Shown piece by piece: positions 28,301-32,000 of a DNA stretch of 32,000 nucleotides (positions are counted from its first letter, which is position 1; each line of letters begins with the position of its first letter). The notes beneath the pieces are model-generated. The model saw nothing but the letters and a program-made list of their open reading frames with translations. It was not told the DNA's origin and made no database searches. Where the stretch lies: contig NZ_PGGB02000007.1 in assembly GCF_002803295.2 (NCBI RefSeq), positions 1 through 32,000 on the forward strand, in the 5' to 3' direction. Both the position numbers and the translations under genes were made by a program. The DNA comes from Caedibacter taeniospiralis (GTDB lineage: Bacteria; Pseudomonadota; Gammaproteobacteria; Francisellales; Francisellaceae).

Positions 28301-28707
28301 AACTTTAAACTCATCGTTTGCGCCAATTGCTCAAAACAAAGGAGATAAATATCATGAACTTTAGTGAATTCTTGCTGTAATAAATTTATATCATAAGTAT
28401 GTACAGTTCGATTGCGACTTTCTATCATATCCATCCATATCTGCCCTTCTTTAATTAAGCCAAGATTAAATGCCAGTCGAGTTGCACTTCGTGAACCAGT
28501 AATATTCTGATGACCTTCAAATTCCAAAAAATCTTTAAGTACTTTCCAAGCCAGCTCATGTGTGAACTCAAAGCGCTGAAGCACCCCTTCTTTAACTATA
28601 TCTGGAGCGCTATCATCATAATCTTGTATTGCTTGGCGTAACTGCGCTAACGCTTTTCGATAATTAGAAAAACGCTGTTGCCAACGTATATTTTCTTTAT
28701 AACTCAT
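28297..28707 (-). CDS. HEPN-domain protein (HI0074-like nucleotidyltransferase substrate-binding family), the presumed toxin
   Basis: R-x4-H motif in ESRNRTVHTYD and a helical family pattern (QRFEFTHELAWKVLKDFLE). The ATG at 28707 shares 1 nt with the eamA stop (TGATG). Confidence 0.85.
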   Translation of the reverse strand: MSYKENIRWQQRFSNYRKALAQLRQAIQDYDDSAPDIVKEGVLQRFEFTHELAWKVLKDFLEFEGHQNITGSRSATRLAFNLGLIKEGQIWMDMIESRNRTVHTYDINLLQQEFTKVHDIYLLCFEQLAQTMSLKL

Positions 28708-29606
28708 CAAACTCTCCCACTTAGTATTGAAACTTTTCTTCGCTTAACGTAACGCAAAATAGGCTCAATCGCAATTGATGATAGAATCAATACACATGCA
28801 AAAATCATATTTATGCTGATATGATCTCCCATAATGATGACACCAAATAGACTCCCAAATAATGGCACCAAATAATTAGATAATGAGCAAAATCCTGCCC
28901 CCGCACGCTTGATTAAACTGACATATAGCACATAAACCAGACCTGAGCAGAATACCCCAAGCGACAATGAAGCAAGAAATGGAGATATTGAAAAGTGAAT
29001 ATTTGATAGCGAACCGTTGCTTGAGTTAATAACGCACATGACAATACTGCCCACAATAAACGCATCGCGTGATAGTACAAAAGAATCCTCCTGCGGCAAA
29101 CTACGAATCACAATAAGGGCTAAGGCAAATGACAAAGCTCCCATCAAAATGGCTATTTGTGGCATGTATGACATGGATAATCCGTTGCGTAAATCTGGAA
29201 GAAATAAAACGATAAGACCTGCAAATCCCACAAGTACACTAAGAAATTTAACACCTGTTGCACGCTCAACTCCCGTTAAAAGCATCAGAACAATCGTGAA
29301 AAATGGAATAGTTCCCATTAAAATCGATGCCATACTCCCTGAAACAAATTGCTGCCCCCACATTATCAAAACAAACGGGATAACAACCTCAAGCAGTCCA
29401 ATGATAATTACTTTTAACCAGCTCAGGAGATCTCTTTTTGCATATTTTCTTCTGGTTATAAGACAAAATATAATCAAGAAAACTGCGGCATAGAAGGTTC
29501 TAAGAAAAGATAACTGCTCAGGTGTGTATGTAGACAAAGATAAATCAATCAGAATAAATTGCCCGCCCCAAATCAGTCCGATAATGAGTAATAGCAGGTA
29601 GTTCAT
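28707..29606 (-). CDS. EamA/DMT-superfamily transporter
   Basis: 299 aa, about 10 hydrophobic helices arranged as two EamA-like halves. Confidence 0.8.
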   Translation of the reverse strand: MNYLLLLIIGLIWGGQFILIDLSLSTYTPEQLSFLRTFYAAVFLIIFCLITRRKYAKRDLLSWLKVIIIGLLEVVIPFVLIMWGQQFVSGSMASILMGTIPFFTIVLMLLTGVERATGVKFLSVLVGFAGLIVLFLPDLRNGLSMSYMPQIAILMGALSFALALIVIRSLPQEDSFVLSRDAFIVGSIVMCVINSSNGSLSNIHFSISPFLASLSLGVFCSGLVYVLYVSLIKRAGAGFCSLSNYLVPLFGSLFGVIIMGDHISINMIFACVLILSSIAIEPILRYVKRRKVSILSGRV

Positions 29607-29621
29607 TGCGCTATTTTGAAT

Positions 29622-30101
29622 TTATCGGTATTCTACCGAAATGATTTCATAATCAACAATTCCAGCTGGGGTAGCGATCCTGGTCTCATCACCCTCTTCT
29701 TTGCCAATAAGTCCTCTTGCCAGAGGGGAACTTAGTGAAATCTTATTTTCTTTAATATCAGCTTCATCCTCGCCAACAATCTGATACGTCATTTCAGTTT
29801 CAGTTTCTGTATTAAGCAGCCTAACCGTGGCACCAAAGATGACTTTGCCTGTATTGGTTATGCTGGTAACATCAATAACCTGCGCATTACCAAGCTTGGC
29901 TTCCAGCTCTTGAATACGCCCTTCAATAAAACTTTGCTGCTCACGTGCGGCGTGGTACTCTGCATTTTCTTTTAAATCACCATGCTCACGCGCCTCAGCA
30001 ATAGCTGCTATTACTTTAGGTCTTTGCACACTTTTTAGATCTTGCAATTCTGCTCTTAATGCCGCCTCACCACTTACTGTCATTGGAATTCTTACTGCCA
30101 T
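29622..30101 (-). CDS. greA: Transcription elongation factor GreA
   Basis: [19 protein letters not shown]...[15 protein letters not shown] coiled-coil and a C-terminal FKBP-like domain; 159 aa. RBS gaaggtg. Confidence 0.95.
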   Translation of the reverse strand: MAVRIPMTVSGEAALRAELQDLKSVQRPKVIAAIAEAREHGDLKENAEYHAAREQQSFIEGRIQELEAKLGNAQVIDVTSITNTGKVIFGATVRLLNTETETEMTYQIVGEDEADIKENKISLSSPLARGLIGKEEGDETRIATPAGIVDYEIISVEYR

Positions 30102-30217
30102 TATTCACCTTCTGGTCTATTTTATATTCTTGCTAAATGGCGTTGATCACATTTCTGCCCACAAAAGCATACTGAATACGCGCCAGCGTTTATTGGCTCT
30201 GACTATTTTTCTGCCCT

Positions 30218-30287
30218 CTGTCATCCTGCGCTAGGGGCGAAATATTTTTCGTCCCTGGCTGGATTCCCGCCTTCGCGGGAATGACAG
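30218..30287. repeat. 70-bp palindromic REP/MITE-like element in the greA upstream region
   Basis: Terminal inverted repeat ctgtcat / atgacag. Internal hairpins ggggcgaaa..tttcgtccc and attcccgc-cttc-gcgggaat. Confidence 0.7.
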
Positions 30288-30351
30288 CAATAAAAACGCC
30301 TGATATAAGAGATTACATCAGACCTTTTTCGCTTGATTTTTATGGAAGGCT

Positions 30352-30379
30352 ATTATACCTAAGCAGGTATTGTTTGCAA
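30352..30379 (-). promoter_or_regulatory. Putative sigma70 promoter, TTGCAA-N16-TATAAT on the - strand, about 245 nt upstream of greA
   Basis: ttgcaa at 30374-30379 and the complement of tataat at 30352-30357. This is the best consensus match I saw in the clpB-greA gap. Confidence 0.4.
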
Positions 30380-30665
30380 TTTTCAAACAGCAAATCTTAC
30401 CAAATTTGGCGTAAACTGATAGAAAGTGGGATTCCCCTTTGCGATAGCGTTTATATTAACCATTTGCAATTGCCAGGAAAAAACAACCGTGAACAAAAGA
30501 GTGCTTACCAACATTGCCAGAAGACATTGTTTTAATTTCATAAGCTTTCAAACTAACCGCTAAAACATTCTGACTCACATTGCGTGCTTGTGTGCCAGAA
30601 CTCATGCCAATCAGATTAAACAGGTTTCTTGCTGCTAAGGTATTCTGTGCATAATCGATTACTCA

Positions 30666-32000
30666 TCAGTTTTCCGTACCAGTATTACCCGTTTGTTTCG
30701 AGAAAACAAAACCGTCGCTCTCACTGGTCACCTGGATGACATCACCTGGGACATAACGCCCTTCGAGCAAATAAGTTGCTAAGGGGTTTTCTATGTAATG
30801 CTGAATCGCGCGTTTAAGCGGTCTTGCACCAAACACAGGATCGAAACCATGATCAGCCAGTTCGTCCATGGCAACGGCAGAAACCTCCAGTTTTAAATCA
30901 CGTTCATGCAAACGTTTACGCACGCGATTAATCTGAATCTCGGCGATTTGTTTGATCATTTCCTTACTCAATGGTTCAAACACAACCGTTTCATCAATAC
31001 GATTAACAAACTCTGGTCTAAAGTGCTGCAGCACAATCTGTAAAACGGCTTGTTTAACTTTATCATAACCTTCACGGTGGAGTTTTTCCTGAATTAAATG
31101 TGAACCCAAGTTTGAGGTCATAATAAGTAGCGTATTTTTAAAATCTACTGTACGCCCCTGGCTATCGGTTAAGCGTCCATCATCCAGTATTTGCAACAGA
31201 ATATTAAACACATCAGGGTGTGCTTTTTCTACTTCATCAAGCAAAATAACTGAATAAGGCTTACGTCTGACATGCTCCGTTAAATAACCTCCCTGCTCGT
31301 AACCCACGTAGCCTGGAGGTGCACCAATCAGGCGCGCAACTGAATGTTTCTCCATAAACTCGGACATGTCCACTCTTAGCATCGCATCTTCACTGTCAAA
31401 CATAAACTCGGCTAATGCTTTAGTAAGCTCAGTTTTACCGACTCCTGTTGGTCCCAGAAATAAAAAGGAACCCGTTGGGCGATTAGGATCGGATAAACCA
31501 GAGCGGGCACGCCTTACCGCATTGGATACCGCAAGAATTGCTTCTTTTTGCCCAATGACACGCTTAGCCAAAAAATCTTCCATATGTAAAAGTTTCTCAC
31601 GTTCACCTTCCATCATTTTATTGACAGGAATCCCAGTCGATTTAGATACCACTTCAGCAATTTCATTTTCAGTGACTTGTGTGCGTACCAGTTTGGTCTT
31701 AACAGGATCTGCTTTTGCTATCGACTTAATCTGCTCTTCCAGTTGCGGGATAAGCCCATATTGTAACTCCGCCATTTTTGATAAATCACCAACACGTTTA
31801 GCCGCATCAAGGTCAATTTTTGCCTGGTCAAGCTGCTCCTTGAGCTTTTGAGAGCCTTGCATCTGTGCCTTTTCAGATTTCCAGATTTCCTCAAAGCCTG
31901 AATACTCTTTCTCAAGCGCTTTGATTTCATCTTCCAATACATCTAAGCGTTTTTTGGTTGCCTCATCTTTTTCTTTTTTTAGCTGCTCACGCTGCATTTT
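30666..32000 (-). CDS. clpB: Chaperone ClpB, C-terminal ~444 codons (middle coiled-coil plus NBD2); the 5' end lies beyond the window
   Basis: The M-domain coiled coil is followed by NBD2 Walker [16 protein letters not shown], Walker [11 protein letters not shown], the sensor region [10 protein letters not shown] and GARPLKR. The frame stays open to nt 32000. Confidence 0.95.
   Translation of the reverse strand, partial: KMQREQLKKEKDEATKKRLDVLEDEIKALEKEYSGFEEIWKSEKAQMQGSQKLKEQLDQAKIDLDAAKRVGDLSKMAELQYGLIPQLEEQIKSIAKADPVKTKLVRTQVTENEIAEVVSKSTGIPVNKMMEGEREKLLHMEDFLAKRVIGQKEAILAVSNAVRRARSGLSDPNRPTGSFLFLGPTGVGKTELTKALAEFMFDSEDAMLRVDMSEFMEKHSVARLIGAPPGYVGYEQGGYLTEHVRRKPYSVILLDEVEKAHPDVFNILLQILDDGRLTDSQGRTVDFKNTLLIMTSNLGSHLIQEKLHREGYDKVKQAVLQIVLQHFRPEFVNRIDETVVFEPLSKEMIKQIAEIQINRVRKRLHERDLKLEVSAVAMDELADHGFDPVFGARPLKRAIQHYIENPLATYLLEGRYVPGDVIQVTSESDGFVFSKQTGNTGTEN

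Noticed and set aside
30281-30535. An 84-aa + strand ORF in the clpB-greA gap
   Set aside because: It begins inside the palindromic repeat element (its ATG is the atgacag terminal repeat). It has no RBS, and its composition and sequence look non-protein-like. The region is better explained as the greA leader and promoter plus repeats.
30456-30605. A 49-codon - strand ORF (MSSGTQARNVSQNVLAVSLKAYEIKTMSSG...) just downstream of clpB
   Set aside because: It is short, has no clear RBS and no recognisable family features. I cannot support it from sequence alone.

Overview
This is a gene-dense chromosomal segment of roughly 40% GC with gammaproteobacterial synteny; I cannot assign the genus from sequence alone. 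It is mostly housekeeping genes. On the + strand: pepP-like, emrB-like, glnE, purL, a 5-formyl-THF cyclo-ligase, bolA-like, rlmE, a PduO-type adenosyltransferase and mscS. On the - strand: ompA-like, uvrD, cbpM, cbpA, a CPA1 antiporter, mlaA, ispD, ftsB, eno, engB, a low-molecular-weight phosphatase, eamA, greA and partial clpB. I saw no rRNA, tRNA, CRISPR array, transposase or integrase. The accessory content is threefold. First, a 5'-truncated DUF285/BspA-like repeat protein. Second, two back-to-back toxin-antitoxin modules (HEPN-MNT and Xre-RES) wedged between eamA and the phosphatase gene. Third, several families of small palindromic REP/MITE-like elements filling the intergenic gaps. I found no clearly novel multi-gene system. 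The observations most worth follow-up are: a ~110-bp MITE-like element inserted in-frame into the glnE interdomain linker, with a sister copy in an intergenic region and an expanded CACTCA repeat; a single-base frameshift at a T4 tract that splits the antiporter from its C-terminal regulatory domain; an enolase with a ~70-aa acidic C-terminal tail; and the co-directional four-gene TA cluster with a palindromic operator.
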